A stretch of DNA of 64,000 nt, taken from NCBI GenBank assembly GCA_018238625.1, contig JABCSY010000009.1, forward strand, positions 1 to 64,000, read 5' to 3'. The stretch's first letter is position 1; the number at the start of each line of letters is the position of its first letter. The DNA comes from Promethearchaeota archaeon (lineage in GTDB: Archaea; Asgardarchaeota; Lokiarchaeia; Sigyniarchaeales; SOKP01). Shown piece after piece: positions 10,476-20,851 of the stretch. Under the pieces are notes generated by a model. It was not told where the DNA came from and searched no databases. It saw nothing but the letters and a program-made list of their open reading frames with translations. A program made the translations under genes and the position numbers.

Positions 10476-12710
10476 ATGTTTTTAAGCGGAATTATAGGTT
10501 TGGTTTTCTGGATTAGATTTAAGAACTGGTTATCGAATTACAAATATCGTTATCGTCTCTTACTAAAGATTAGCGTTCAGTTAACCATCGTAGGACTAAT
10601 CTCCATTGCTTCAACATTGGCTCTTCTTCCGCAGGTTCCGGTTCCTAAGACATATGGAGACAGCGCGATGTTCATACCACTCTCTTTTCCGTTGTTTTTG
10701 AAATGGAGCATTTCAGGAGATTTTTTAATCCCAGTATATCATCATTATTCAATTAGTGTATTTAATTCTGATATTCTTGTAGAAAGTAGTTTCGAATTTG
10801 CTTCTGAAGCTACCATAAGAACACAAATATTTCAAAATTGCATTCCAATTTTTTTAGGGTTTAATGTAATATTCCTATTTATTTTAATTCTGGTTTATGA
10901 ATCATGGATGATCCGAAAAAAAAAACATGGATATATTACCTATAGGTATTATTTATTGACAAACCATCCAATAATGCTTAAGCTAAACAATAGCTTAGCT
11001 TCGATAATTCGAAGACTTCCCTCTATAAAAATAAAAAATAAATTTAAATCAGTATCATTTTTTCTCTTAATTGCTGTAATTGTATCTGTAATAAGCAATA
11101 TTGTTTTGTTTATTAATAGTACTCAAATAGAGGAGTCTCCAACAGAATTCTCAATGTTTCGAAGGCTTATAGGGGTTGGTCCTAATACGATAGAGCCATT
11201 AGACTCAATGGATTTTATGTCTAGAGATGTTATTCATCAGGTTTGTGAGGGACTCTTTGCGTATGATCTAAGGGATATTTCATTACCACGAATTAATCAT
11301 CTTGCTGAAGATTATTTCTGGATAAACCAAAGCATACTGCAGATAAAAGTAAGGGAAGGAGTTCTCTTTCATGATGGATATCCGTTCAATGCTTCAGCAG
11401 TCAAATGGAACTTGGAACGGATTAATTATTTGATTAATGCCACAGGAACCTTACCTTCGAATTCAACACGAGCCAAATCAGCTTCACTCTTTTTCTTTCC
11501 AGACGGTATTACTCCTATAATCAATAGAACTATTTTGGAAACTGAGTTTAATGTTACGATTTACCTAAATTCTCCATATAGTCCATTTCTAAATTTATTA
11601 TGCCATCAAGCATGCAGCATACTTTCACCTTATTCTAACCCCGCAACGAGTTTAATTCAGCTAGATGAGGATTTAATAGGAACTGGACCGTTTATTTTTG
11701 ATTCTTGCACCCAGCATGTAGAAGTACATTTTTCTAGATGGGAGGGATATTGGAGAAATTTAGCACATTTTGAAAAAATGATCTTTGGAACTTATGAATA
11801 TTTCGAGTGCAGCTACGCTAAAGGTTGTGAAATGGATTGGTATAATTCCGAATATTTCTCTCCTTGGCGGGAGTTGGGACCACCAGATGATACTATTAAG
11901 ATTATAAATTTTACAGATGATACAGGGTTTCCAAGTCTTACATACCAATATCTAGGATTTAATAATCAAGTTTACAATGCAACTTGGAGAAAGGTGATGT
12001 GCTTAGCACTTAACTATAGTTATGTATTAGAAAATTTCAGAACTGGAAATGGTATTAGAGCTAATTCACCTATTTCGTCATGTTTTGGTGCAGCATATAA
12101 TCTATCGGCTCAAACTTCCTATAATATCACACAAGCCAGAAATATTATGCAATCAATGGGATTTGGTCTCGGTTTTGTTAATGATTCACAGTGGAGAGCT
12201 GTAGCCGAAGGAGTCAGTCCTTTCTTAACAGTCAACTTTACTTTTAACAATGGAAATACCTTTAGAGAAGATTTGTTTTTTGTTGTACAAGAATGGTATA
12301 AAGATATTGGTGTCAAAGTAGAGGAAAACGGTGTTACCTGGTCTCAATATCTTAGCTATTTAAACGATACTCCTGAATATTTAAGCTTATATTCTCATTA
12401 TTCAACATTAGAACATTTTGATCCATACAATATGCTTAACCAATTGTTTAATCCTAACTCCGACTCAAACATCGCACAAGTCGACGATCCCTGGGTTAAT
12501 AATAAATTATCGCTTGCTTTAAACACCTCAGATGAGACGACCAGAAATAATATTTATAAGGATATCCAGTGGTACTTGACAGAGATTGGTTATTTCCATG
12601 CCCCTTTATATCACCCCAAAACATGGTTCACCCATTCAACAAATATTTATAATGCTCCTTATAATGCTTTAGATCTCTTTGAAGCCTATTATATTTACCG
12701 GGTAGATTAA
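10476..12710 (+). CDS. Family 5 ABC substrate-binding protein with an extra N-terminal membrane region of about 190 aa
   Basis: VREGVLFHDGYPFNASAVKWN, GTGPF; paralog of 8643-10319; several additional hydrophobic segments at the N-terminus. Confidence 0.85.
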   Translation: MFLSGIIGLVFWIRFKNWLSNYKYRYRLLLKISVQLTIVGLISIASTLALLPQVPVPKTYGDSAMFIPLSFPLFLKWSISGDFLIPVYHHYSISVFNSDILVESSFEFASEATIRTQIFQNCIPIFLGFNVIFLFILILVYESWMIRKKKHGYITYRYYLLTNHPIMLKLNNSLASIIRRLPSIKIKNKFKSVSFFLLIAVIVSVISNIVLFINSTQIEESPTEFSMFRRLIGVGPNTIEPLDSMDFMSRDVIHQVCEGLFAYDLRDISLPRINHLAEDYFWINQSILQIKVREGVLFHDGYPFNASAVKWNLERINYLINATGTLPSNSTRAKSASLFFFPDGITPIINRTILETEFNVTIYLNSPYSPFLNLLCHQACSILSPYSNPATSLIQLDEDLIGTGPFIFDSCTQHVEVHFSRWEGYWRNLAHFEKMIFGTYEYFECSYAKGCEMDWYNSEYFSPWRELGPPDDTIKIINFTDDTGFPSLTYQYLGFNNQVYNATWRKVMCLALNYSYVLENFRTGNGIRANSPISSCFGAAYNLSAQTSYNITQARNIMQSMGFGLGFVNDSQWRAVAEGVSPFLTVNFTFNNGNTFREDLFFVVQEWYKDIGVKVEENGVTWSQYLSYLNDTPEYLSLYSHYSTLEHFDPYNMLNQLFNPNSDSNIAQVDDPWVNNKLSLALNTSDETTRNNIYKDIQWYLTEIGYFHAPLYHPKTWFTHSTNIYNAPYNALDLFEAYYIYRVD

Positions 12711-13071
12711 TCGTTACTAATAATTTTAAGCTTTAAAACTTAAATAAAACTCAACTCTCTTAATGCTAGCATAACACTCGCCAACATGAGAATTTTACTC
12801 TATAAATGTCGAACTACTTTAAAACAAAGATTTTAGTCATGTGAATGCTTTATACCATTGAATATTTAGAAATTTTTACGCCCTACTTTTTTTAACACGC
12901 AATATAGCGAGGGTGATTTCTTCCTTTTTTCTTTCGAGAGAGAAAGTGCTGAAAAGATACACAAGATTTTTATTTTCACTGATTATATTATTATATGTAA
13001 AAAACTTGAATTTTTAATAAACTCTTAAAGCTGAAGGAATTCAATGAATAAACAAATTATCATAGTTATAT

Positions 13072-14433
13072 GTGATATTAATGGAAGCTATAAACAGAAA
13101 AATTAAAAAAAGAATATTTGAAATCATTATTCTTTTCAGTATTATCTTTTTCACATCTACATTAATTTATATTTATTTTACACAATTAATAGAACCTGTT
13201 CAAGATTTCACAATAGAAATAAGGTCAGACGAAGATTTTGAAAAATATGGCTTTCCAGGTTCTGGTACGGAGCAGGATCCTTATAGAATCGAAAATTATA
13301 CGATCCAAACATCAAATTTATGGGCAATTAGTATCTGTGATGTATCCAAACACTTTAGAATATGGAATAATGTCTTAGAGGTTGAGCGTATAGGAATATA
13401 TATTTCTAATGTTGAACCCAATATCACTCAAATATTGAGCAATATTATCTTTGGTGGCGACAATGGTGGAATAATAATTAGTAATGTAGATGGAGGTATT
13501 ATTGATGATAACACTTGTTATGATAATTTTCAAGGAATTAATCTTGAAAATTCAGCTAATTGGCAATTAAGAAACAACACTTTAGAAAATAATAGACTTT
13601 ATGGTGTATATATAATAGACAGTTTACAAATTATTATTGAAAATAATACTCTGTCTCATAATGCATATAGTGGTGGAAGTTATTATAACATAGGAGTTCT
13701 TATAGAGAGATCTCCAAATGTTACTATTCAATTTAATAGCTTTAAAAACCATGGATTAACATTTTCTCTTTCTGATCTTAACCAGTATTCGTCTATTATT
13801 GTAGAAAATAATACTGTAAATGACTTAGAATTAGGGTATTTTTTTAACTATAACGATAAAACAATTAATAATCCTAAGTATGGCCAAATCCTGTTGATTA
13901 ATTGCTCAAACGTCAACATAACTAACCAATTCATTAACCATACAGGTATTGGATTGGATATAGACTTTTGCAATAATTGTTCAATTTATGAAAATAATTT
14001 TTGTTATAATAGACTACGAGGTATTAGTTTGTACAAAACTTATGATATAACACTCTGCAATAATACATTTTATAAAAACATGTACGGAATCGGTATTTGG
14101 CATTCAAATAATACAATGATTAAGAATTGTTTTTTCGAGAGCAATAATAGAGGTTGCTATTCAGGAGGTTCAGAATGTTCAGTATTTAATTGTGAATTTT
14201 ACAATAATAATCTGGGGTATCTTGCTAACAATTTCTATACAATATTAGAGGATATTATTAATAGCAGTATATTTGATGGGAATTTTATTGGAATTGAATT
14301 ATATGGTGCTAATGGTAAAATCAAGCATAATGAATTTTATAACAATGATTATGGATGTTATATAGTAGATTCAGATTACGAGTTATTTTCTAATATATTT
14401 GCATATAATACTGAAGATATAGTTATTGAGTAA
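13072..14433 (+). CDS. Membrane-anchored right-handed parallel beta-helix (NosD/CASH-like) protein
   Basis: GSGTEQDPYRIEN motif, many GI.l..s.N..I.NN repeats, N-terminal TM. Confidence 0.85.
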   Translation: MILMEAINRKIKKRIFEIIILFSIIFFTSTLIYIYFTQLIEPVQDFTIEIRSDEDFEKYGFPGSGTEQDPYRIENYTIQTSNLWAISICDVSKHFRIWNNVLEVERIGIYISNVEPNITQILSNIIFGGDNGGIIISNVDGGIIDDNTCYDNFQGINLENSANWQLRNNTLENNRLYGVYIIDSLQIIIENNTLSHNAYSGGSYYNIGVLIERSPNVTIQFNSFKNHGLTFSLSDLNQYSSIIVENNTVNDLELGYFFNYNDKTINNPKYGQILLINCSNVNITNQFINHTGIGLDIDFCNNCSIYENNFCYNRLRGISLYKTYDITLCNNTFYKNMYGIGIWHSNNTMIKNCFFESNNRGCYSGGSECSVFNCEFYNNNLGYLANNFYTILEDIINSSIFDGNFIGIELYGANGKIKHNEFYNNDYGCYIVDSDYELFSNIFAYNTEDIVIE

Positions 14434-14887
14434 AGTAAATAATTCTCTCCGATCCTGTTAATTATATTCAATAAGCTTAAAAATGGATAAAGAGTCTTTA
14501 AACTTCTTTTCTTTTATTGAGAATTTGCCCCAATTTCCAATAATATTCAAAGTTTGTAATTCGGTTTCTTCTCGGATTTTTGGTTACAATTTGATTCTTG
14601 TTCTTGGAGTGATATTTATAGCTTCTGCAATCCTTATCAAAAAAAAAGTTTTAAAGCTTCTTAAATAACTATTTTTTCTTCAAAAAAAATATCCAACAGA
14701 GGAGACTCTTAAAACTGATTGCATTCCTCGAAAATGAAATTAGTGAGGAAGTCATGAATACCACTAGAATAAGCTTTGATACTACCAGCAAAAAATTCTA
14801 TGTGCTAATCCCTCTCCGAAACCTTTTCCTCCAAAAAAAAAGAATCTTATTAGATATAACAAATTATAATGATAATAAAACTTACTT

Positions 14888-15727
14888 TCATTTAGATTCA
14901 AGAACTTTGTGGATTTTATTTAGTCGAGTATCCCTCGACAGGCTCTTAGTAATAGGGTTATGATCTCCATATAAACCTTTATGATACACAGGCTTTTGAG
15001 CTCTGTAAAATAAGCCTAAAGTGAATTTATGCTTATTTTTTACAGCTTTCATTGCTTCTTCATAAGTCTCAGGTTCATTTTCAAGAAATTCTATTTTTTC
15101 TCTATATTCGCCCCAAGAATGATATGGTACGGCAGGTTGTAATACTTCAATAAAAGAAAATCCTTCGTGTTGAATCGCTTGAACCAATATTTCTGTAAGG
15201 TGATTGATTTCACCAGCAAACGCTCTGGCTATAAATGTAGCTCCGACTTCAAGCATTAACGATAGCGGGTTGAAGGGGGTTTCAAAGCTTCCTTTTGGAG
15301 TGGATGGTCCCTTCCAACCCTTTTCAGTTAAAGGCGAGTATTGTCCGGTAGTTAAGGCATAAACGCTGTTATTATGCAAAATCATAGTCATTTCTTGATT
15401 CCTTTTAGCCGCAAAAATCGTGTGAGCCAAACCTTCACCTAATCCGTTTCCGTCTCCAGAAAAAGTAATCACTTTCAAATCAGGATTTGCGATTTTCATT
15501 CCTTCAGAATTCGAGCTATTTCGACCGTGTAGCCCATAAAGACCGCTTAGGTTTAAATAGTCGAAGATTTTTGCGTGACAACCTATACCCGCCGTCATTA
15601 CAACATCCTCCCTTTTAATTCCTTTTTCTTCGAGTTTTGGAATGGCGTTTCTTAAAGCTGAAAAGATTCCAAAATTTCCACACCCTTTGCACCATGTAAT
15701 TTCGGCGTAAGTTTTAAGATTATCCAC
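14888..15727 (-). CDS. korB: 2-oxoacid:ferredoxin oxidoreductase beta subunit
   Basis: WCKGCGNFGI, GIGC, GDG, NNSVYALTTGQYSP TPP-binding motifs; likely GTG start at 15727 directly after the alpha subunit stop. Confidence 0.92.
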   Translation of the reverse strand: MDNLKTYAEITWCKGCGNFGIFSALRNAIPKLEEKGIKREDVVMTAGIGCHAKIFDYLNLSGLYGLHGRNSSNSEGMKIANPDLKVITFSGDGNGLGEGLAHTIFAAKRNQEMTMILHNNSVYALTTGQYSPLTEKGWKGPSTPKGSFETPFNPLSLMLEVGATFIARAFAGEINHLTEILVQAIQHEGFSFIEVLQPAVPYHSWGEYREKIEFLENEPETYEEAMKAVKNKHKFTLGLFYRAQKPVYHKGLYGDHNPITKSLSRDTRLNKIHKVLESK

Positions 15728-15728
15728 C

Positions 15729-17390
15729 TTAAAGCAGCACCTCCTTAATCTCTTTTGATAATTCAATTGGATCAAATGGGCGTCCATCATACTTTTTAAT
15801 CGCACTTCTTATTTTTAACCCTGCTTTTTCTTTTAAAAGAGCTGCAAATTGTCCTGTAGAGCTTTGTTCAATTACCACATTGTCTTGATTTTTGAATTCC
15901 TCTAATTCCCATATTGGTAAAGGGTTCAAATATATTGGTTGAACGATTGTAGGGTTTAATCTCCCATACCTAAGAGCCTCTAAAACGCTCATGTAAGTCG
16001 AACCATACGCAAAAAGATTAGTGGTCATATCTCCTCGAATAATATTAACAGTATATTGACTCTTTAAATATTCTACAAGTGCTTTATGTTTCTTATTTCT
16101 CTTGTCATGCATTTTTGCAATCATCTTGGCATTCTCAGTCGTTACGCCAAATTCATCGTGTTCGTAGCTATTCCACTTAATTACTTCTTTGGACGGTGGA
16201 AATAGCATTGGAGAAATTCCATCTTCAGCGTCACGATATCTTTTATAATTCTCCCCTTTATGCATTTTAGGTTTTGCCCATTTTGCTTTATCTACATCGA
16301 TATCAATTGTCATACTACATTCTGATAAGTGTTTTTCCGTGAGTAGTATTCCTGGCGTTTGAAACTTCCAGACAAGATCTAGCATTTCCGCAGTTAAATA
16401 ATAAGCTTCTTCTATCGTTCCAGGAGATGCTACTATACGCAAAAAGTCACCGTGACCAGCAGAAAGAGCAAAACTTAGATCAGCTTGTTCGGTATAAGTA
16501 GGTACTCCTGTAGCAGGTCCGGGTCTTTGTGATAAAACTATGAGAATAGGTGTTTCAGTAATCCCTGCTAAGGATATACCTTCGGTCATAAGCGCGAAAC
16601 CTCCGCCACTGGTTCCAACCATTGATCTTGCCCCAGTAAATGTAGACCCAATTGCCATGTTAATTACAGCAAGTTCGCTTTCAGCATGAACGACTGCTAA
16701 CCCAAAATTATCTGCTTGCTTTGCTAAAAAGTGCAATATTGAGGATGCTGGCGTCATAGGATAGCCAAAATATGTATCTAACCCTCCAGCTATAGCTCCC
16801 AGACTTATCGCTTCGTTACCTGTAATAATTGGTCTTTCTTTTTCTCCTCTACTTAATAAAAATTTATCTTGACACCCGCCTTTTACCATATCGTAGACGG
16901 TATTTGCAAATTTAATGTTTTCTTCGATACCTCTTGGATATTGATTCTTTATACTTTGATTCATTTGCTCTTTTTTGAATCCTATCGCTGATGCTAAAAT
17001 TGCTACAGCCCCCACACCATACATTAAGTTTTTCATGGGATATTTTTCAGCTTCTGAACTGAATGGAATTCCAACACCATCAACATCTTCTTGTTCGTCT
17101 GAGTTATAGATAATAATTCCACCGTCAGCAACATCATTAATATGAGTTTCACAACTTCGCTTATCAAAATTGACCACAAGGTTCGCTTTCATATATTGAC
17201 TTGTAATCCAACGAGAAGAAGTGCTTACCACAGAAAAATTGTGTCCCCCTCTAATTAGGCTCATATAATCGTCCATTTGAAATACACGCTGTCCCATACT
17301 AGAAAAAATATGAGCTGCCACTGAACCTGCTTTTTTAATACCTTCTCCTGCCTTACCACCAACAAGAAAGGTGAATACATCGTTAATCAT
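15729..17390 (-). CDS. korA: 2-oxoacid:ferredoxin oxidoreductase alpha subunit (gamma-alpha fusion)
   Basis: GGKAGEGI, SLIRGGHN, GNEAI, YPMTPAS, TSGGGFALM, QRPGPATG. Confidence 0.92.
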   Translation of the reverse strand: MINDVFTFLVGGKAGEGIKKAGSVAAHIFSSMGQRVFQMDDYMSLIRGGHNFSVVSTSSRWITSQYMKANLVVNFDKRSCETHINDVADGGIIIYNSDEQEDVDGVGIPFSSEAEKYPMKNLMYGVGAVAILASAIGFKKEQMNQSIKNQYPRGIEENIKFANTVYDMVKGGCQDKFLLSRGEKERPIITGNEAISLGAIAGGLDTYFGYPMTPASSILHFLAKQADNFGLAVVHAESELAVINMAIGSTFTGARSMVGTSGGGFALMTEGISLAGITETPILIVLSQRPGPATGVPTYTEQADLSFALSAGHGDFLRIVASPGTIEEAYYLTAEMLDLVWKFQTPGILLTEKHLSECSMTIDIDVDKAKWAKPKMHKGENYKRYRDAEDGISPMLFPPSKEVIKWNSYEHDEFGVTTENAKMIAKMHDKRNKKHKALVEYLKSQYTVNIIRGDMTTNLFAYGSTYMSVLEALRYGRLNPTIVQPIYLNPLPIWELEEFKNQDNVVIEQSSTGQFAALLKEKAGLKIRSAIKKYDGRPFDPIELSKEIKEVLL

Positions 17391-17705
17391 AACAAAAATA
17401 CCTTAAATTATTTTTTCAAATAAATATTTTAAAATCTATATTATATTTACTCTTTTCGAGTAATATTTAAAAATATGCCTTATAAGTTCTAAAATAAGGG
17501 TTCTTTTTTTTTATATCTGAGAACGTTTTAAAGAAGAATTTGCAGTCTATCATATTGTTATAAATTCTTATTAAGCTGACTTGATAATTTATATCCTAAA
17601 TTTTTTAAAATAATCTACTTTCTAAAAATTAATTTTATATCATAATTTTTATTGACTATAAACTTATTAACTGATTTATCTCAAAAATTATATTACTGAA
17701 TAAAA

Positions 17706-18128
17706 ATGACCGAAAGCGAATTTAATCCATTCATTTTAGGTATATGTTGTAATTGGTGTACATACGCTGGTGCCGACCAAGCTGGAACATCTCGCATGCA
17801 ACGACCCGCAAATTTAAGGATTATGCGCGTAATGTGTGGAGGAAGAGTAGAACCACATTTTGTCTTGGACGCACTTAGAAATGGAGCAGATGGCGTATTA
17901 GTGTCTCATTGTCATCCAGGCGACTGTCATTACGTTGAGGGAAACTTAAAAACAATGAGGAAAATTCCAATGCTTCATTTATATCTAAAACAGTTCGGCA
18001 TTAACCCTAAACGAGTTAAGTACACGTTCGTTTCGGCTTCTGAAGGTGCAGAGCTGACTGAAATTGTTGAAGAATTTGTCCAAGAATTAAAAGAATTAGG
18101 ACCTAATCCTATGAAAAAGGAGGCATAA
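17706..18128 (+). CDS. mvhD: Methyl-viologen-reducing hydrogenase delta subunit (Cys-containing)
   Basis: CCNWCTYAGAD.AG, RVMCGGRV, CHPGDCHY..GN. Confidence 0.93.
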   Translation: MTESEFNPFILGICCNWCTYAGADQAGTSRMQRPANLRIMRVMCGGRVEPHFVLDALRNGADGVLVSHCHPGDCHYVEGNLKTMRKIPMLHLYLKQFGINPKRVKYTFVSASEGAELTEIVEEFVQELKELGPNPMKKEA

Positions 18129-18132
18129 AACA

Positions 18133-18390
18133 ATGCAAATTTACGAATTAAAAATTAATAGAAACACTTGCACTGGTTGCAACGCGTGCGTTGTAAGTTG
18201 TCCAATTAACTTTAACCAATTGAGGAAACAAAGTTATTTGAACGAGGAGAATGCTGTTATACTGGTTAAAAACGGTATTGCGGTACCTGTTTACAATAAA
18301 GAAAGAAATATTAATTGCGATGGTTGTGGGATATGCATTGAAAATTGTCCACAGCAATCAATTAGAATTGAAGTTATGGAGGGAGTTTGA
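18133..18390 (+). CDS. 2x[4Fe-4S] ferredoxin (FwdG-like)
   Basis: CTGCNACVVSCP and CDGCGICIENCP; located in the fwd operon. Confidence 0.85.
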   Translation: MQIYELKINRNTCTGCNACVVSCPINFNQLRKQSYLNEENAVILVKNGIAVPVYNKERNINCDGCGICIENCPQQSIRIEVMEGV

Positions 18391-18394
18391 AAAG

Positions 18395-19105
18395 ATGTCG
18401 TTTCCAAAAATTTCAAGAACAATTACAGAAGAAGAAGAACATGTAAAAGTTCAATTTTTAACAGAAAGCTTAGAACTTGTTTTAAATAGAACCAAATGCG
18501 TAGGGTGTGGAACTTGCGCCCGAGTATGTCCCAAAGAAGCTATTTCCAGAGGACCTATTGGAGCTTCACGTCGATTTCCAACAAGCGAAGATATAGTATC
18601 AGAGCTCTATGATCCCAAGGCTTGTGTTTTTTGCGGCACTTGCGTAGTTATGTGCCCATTTGGCGCATTGACGCTAAAAAAAGACGGAGAAATAATTAAT
18701 TTAGCGGATATCCCTATTGTTGCTCAAAAAGTAGTTCCTAAAATTGAATTTGAAGCGAAAAAACTAAAAAACGATAGAGTAGTAAAGCAATACGCTAAAG
18801 CAACTGTGAAGGTTATTGACGAAGAGTGTGCTAAGGGATGTGGGTCGTGCGCTGAAGTGTGCCCCTCAGGAACTATTGAAATAGCTAAAAGACCTGAGCA
18901 TGGTTGGGAAATGTCGAAAAATGTAGAAGTTGTCGACCCAGATGCTTGCGTGGCTTGCGGAGCGTGCGATAACGCTTGTCCAACGGGAGCGTTGCAGCTT
19001 GAAATTACCGAAGTGAAAACTTCTGGTGAATTTAGCAAGTTATTTTGGCCACCATTGTTAGAAAGATTGAAAACGTTAAGATGGAGTAAAAAGGAGGGTT
19101 CTTAA
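18395..19105 (+). CDS. fwdF: Polyferredoxin, FwdF-like (4 cluster motifs)
   Basis: Four CxxCxxCxxxCP-type motifs; true start probably MSFPK at 18395. Confidence 0.8.
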   Translation: MSFPKISRTITEEEEHVKVQFLTESLELVLNRTKCVGCGTCARVCPKEAISRGPIGASRRFPTSEDIVSELYDPKACVFCGTCVVMCPFGALTLKKDGEIINLADIPIVAQKVVPKIEFEAKKLKNDRVVKQYAKATVKVIDEECAKGCGSCAEVCPSGTIEIAKRPEHGWEMSKNVEVVDPDACVACGACDNACPTGALQLEITEVKTSGEFSKLFWPPLLERLKTLRWSKKEGS

Positions 19106-19107
19106 AA

Positions 19108-19503
19108 ATGAGTTTAAAAAATTTTATTTTATTAACTGGTCGAACTATTAACCAAGGAGTAGCTCTTGAAGGTGGAAAAGTATCAAAGGAAAATGTTCGA
19201 GCTGCGGGAATCTGTGCCTTCGATAGAGACGACTTTAAAAAGCTAGATTGCCTTGTTGGAACTCCTGTTAAAATTACAACTGATTTTGGAGAAGTTATAG
19301 TCTATTCTACAATTTCAGAAGAGGGCCCTCATCCCGGGATATTATTTGTTCCGATGGGTCCATGGGCTAATCAACTTGTGAATCCAGACTCACAAGGGTG
19401 TGGCACTCCAACATATAAAGGGATGAAAGCAAAGGTTGAAGTTATTAAAAACGGAAAGGTATTAGATGCCTTGGAATTAATAGGACAATTGAAAGAAGCT
19501 TAA
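19108..19503 (+). CDS. fwdD: Formylmethanofuran dehydrogenase subunit D
   Basis: LLTGRTINQG, FVPMGPWAN, GTPTYKG. Confidence 0.92.
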   Translation: MSLKNFILLTGRTINQGVALEGGKVSKENVRAAGICAFDRDDFKKLDCLVGTPVKITTDFGEVIVYSTISEEGPHPGILFVPMGPWANQLVNPDSQGCGTPTYKGMKAKVEVIKNGKVLDALELIGQLKEA

Positions 19504-19513
19504 AGGAAAAAGA

Positions 19514-20848
19514 GTGAAAATAATGGTAGAAAGAAAGCTTAAAACGATATGCGACGTTCCGTGTCCATTTTGTGGCACATTTTGTGATGACCTTGAAATA
19601 GATCTGGACGTTAAAGAAAATAAAGTTGTTGAAGTGAGAAATGCTTGCCAAATCGGTAGTAAAAAATTCTTATCGTCAAATAGCGAGCATCGTTATATGA
19701 AGCCTTTAGTTAAAAAGAAAGGAGAATTTAAAGAGGTTTCGTGGGACGAAGCACTTGATAAAGCTGCCGAGATATTAGTTAACGCCAAAAGACCTCTATT
19801 GTACGGATTTTCCAGCACTGAATGTGAAGCTCAGAGTAAAGGCGTTGAGTTAGCAGAAACATTAAACGCTCTTTTAGATAATACAGCATCTGTTTGTCAC
19901 GGTCCTAGTTTATTAGCAGTACAAGATGTTGGTGCACCAATGGCCACTTTAGGAGCGTACAAAAATAGAGCCGATCTGGTAATATTCTGGGGCTCTAATC
20001 CAGTTCATGCCCATCCTAGACATTTGAGTCGATACAGCAATTTTGTGAGGGGTTATTTTAGAACTGATGGTAAAAACGATAGATTTATCGTAGTTGTAGA
20101 CCCGAGAAATACTCACACTGCCCAAATTGCAGATTTATACATCAAGATAAATCCTAACGAGGACTATCAACTATTAAATGCAATAAGAGCCATGGTAAGA
20201 GGTACAGAGCTAGACGTAAAAGAAGTTGCTGGCGTTCCAATGGAAAAAATGAAAGAACTAGTGAAAATATTGAAATCGTGTAAGTTTGGAGTAGTCTTCT
20301 TCGGCATGGGATTAACGCAAACATTAGCACATCATCGCAACGTTGACACGGCAATTTGTTTAGTTAGAGAACTGAACGACCATACTAAATTTCTTTTAAC
20401 GCCCATGCGAGGGCATTACAACGTCGCTGGAGCAAACCAAGTTTTTACTTGGAATACAGGCTATGCGTATTCTATTGACTTTTCAAGAGGATATCCTCGT
20501 TATAATCCTGGAGAATTCTCTTCTGTCGATCTTCTAATGAGAGACGAAGTAGACGCCACATTAGTTGTAGCCTCTGATCCAGGAAGTAATTTTCCCGCAG
20601 CGTCTGTAAGAAACTTATTTAAACACCCCCTAATCTCAATAGAGCCACATGAAACCCCGACATCTGCGTTTGCCGATGTAATTTTACCCGCAGCGTTTGC
20701 TGGTATTGAATGCGAAGGAACTGCTTACCGTATGGATAAAGTTCCTTTAAGGTTGAGGAAAGTAAAAGAACCACCGGGAGAATGTTTGTCTGACAAAGAA
20801 ATATTAGAAAGATTAATTGAAAAAGTGAAAGAAAAGATGGGTGAGTAA
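19514..20848 (+). CDS. fwdB: Formylmethanofuran dehydrogenase subunit B (Cys ligand, not Sec)
   Basis: CPFCGTFCDD, DNTASVCHGPS, NRADLVIFWGSNP.HAHPRH, PMRGHYNV. Confidence 0.95.
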   Translation: MKIMVERKLKTICDVPCPFCGTFCDDLEIDLDVKENKVVEVRNACQIGSKKFLSSNSEHRYMKPLVKKKGEFKEVSWDEALDKAAEILVNAKRPLLYGFSSTECEAQSKGVELAETLNALLDNTASVCHGPSLLAVQDVGAPMATLGAYKNRADLVIFWGSNPVHAHPRHLSRYSNFVRGYFRTDGKNDRFIVVVDPRNTHTAQIADLYIKINPNEDYQLLNAIRAMVRGTELDVKEVAGVPMEKMKELVKILKSCKFGVVFFGMGLTQTLAHHRNVDTAICLVRELNDHTKFLLTPMRGHYNVAGANQVFTWNTGYAYSIDFSRGYPRYNPGEFSSVDLLMRDEVDATLVVASDPGSNFPAASVRNLFKHPLISIEPHETPTSAFADVILPAAFAGIECEGTAYRMDKVPLRLRKVKEPPGECLSDKEILERLIEKVKEKMGE

Positions 20849-20851
20849 AGT

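Noticed and set aside
12720-13000. Intergenic stretch that might be a decayed transposase fragment
   Set aside because: Multiple stops, no recognisable DDE motif and no inverted repeats; cannot be supported by eye.
14483-14668. 61-aa ORF with a C-terminal TM and basic tail (IFGYNL...KKK)
   Set aside because: It could be the detached sorting tail of a lost surface gene, but it is too short and unsupported to call as a gene.
14700-14963. ttcctc...gaggaa hairpin next to an ATGA (SECIS-like) and a 69-aa ORF
   Set aside because: The 3' GA of the SECIS core is missing, no Sec gene is adjacent, and the ORF overlaps korB antisense. At most a degraded gene remnant.
15728-15805. N-terminal extensions given by the ORF track for korB (also fwdF 18251, alaXM 60767, mtaB 30458)
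   Set aside because: They overlap upstream genes or precede the family-typical N-terminus; downstream starts fit better.
17706-20848. Possible selenocysteine recoding in mvhD or fwdB
   Set aside because: Both ORFs are uninterrupted and have Cys codons at the relevant motifs.
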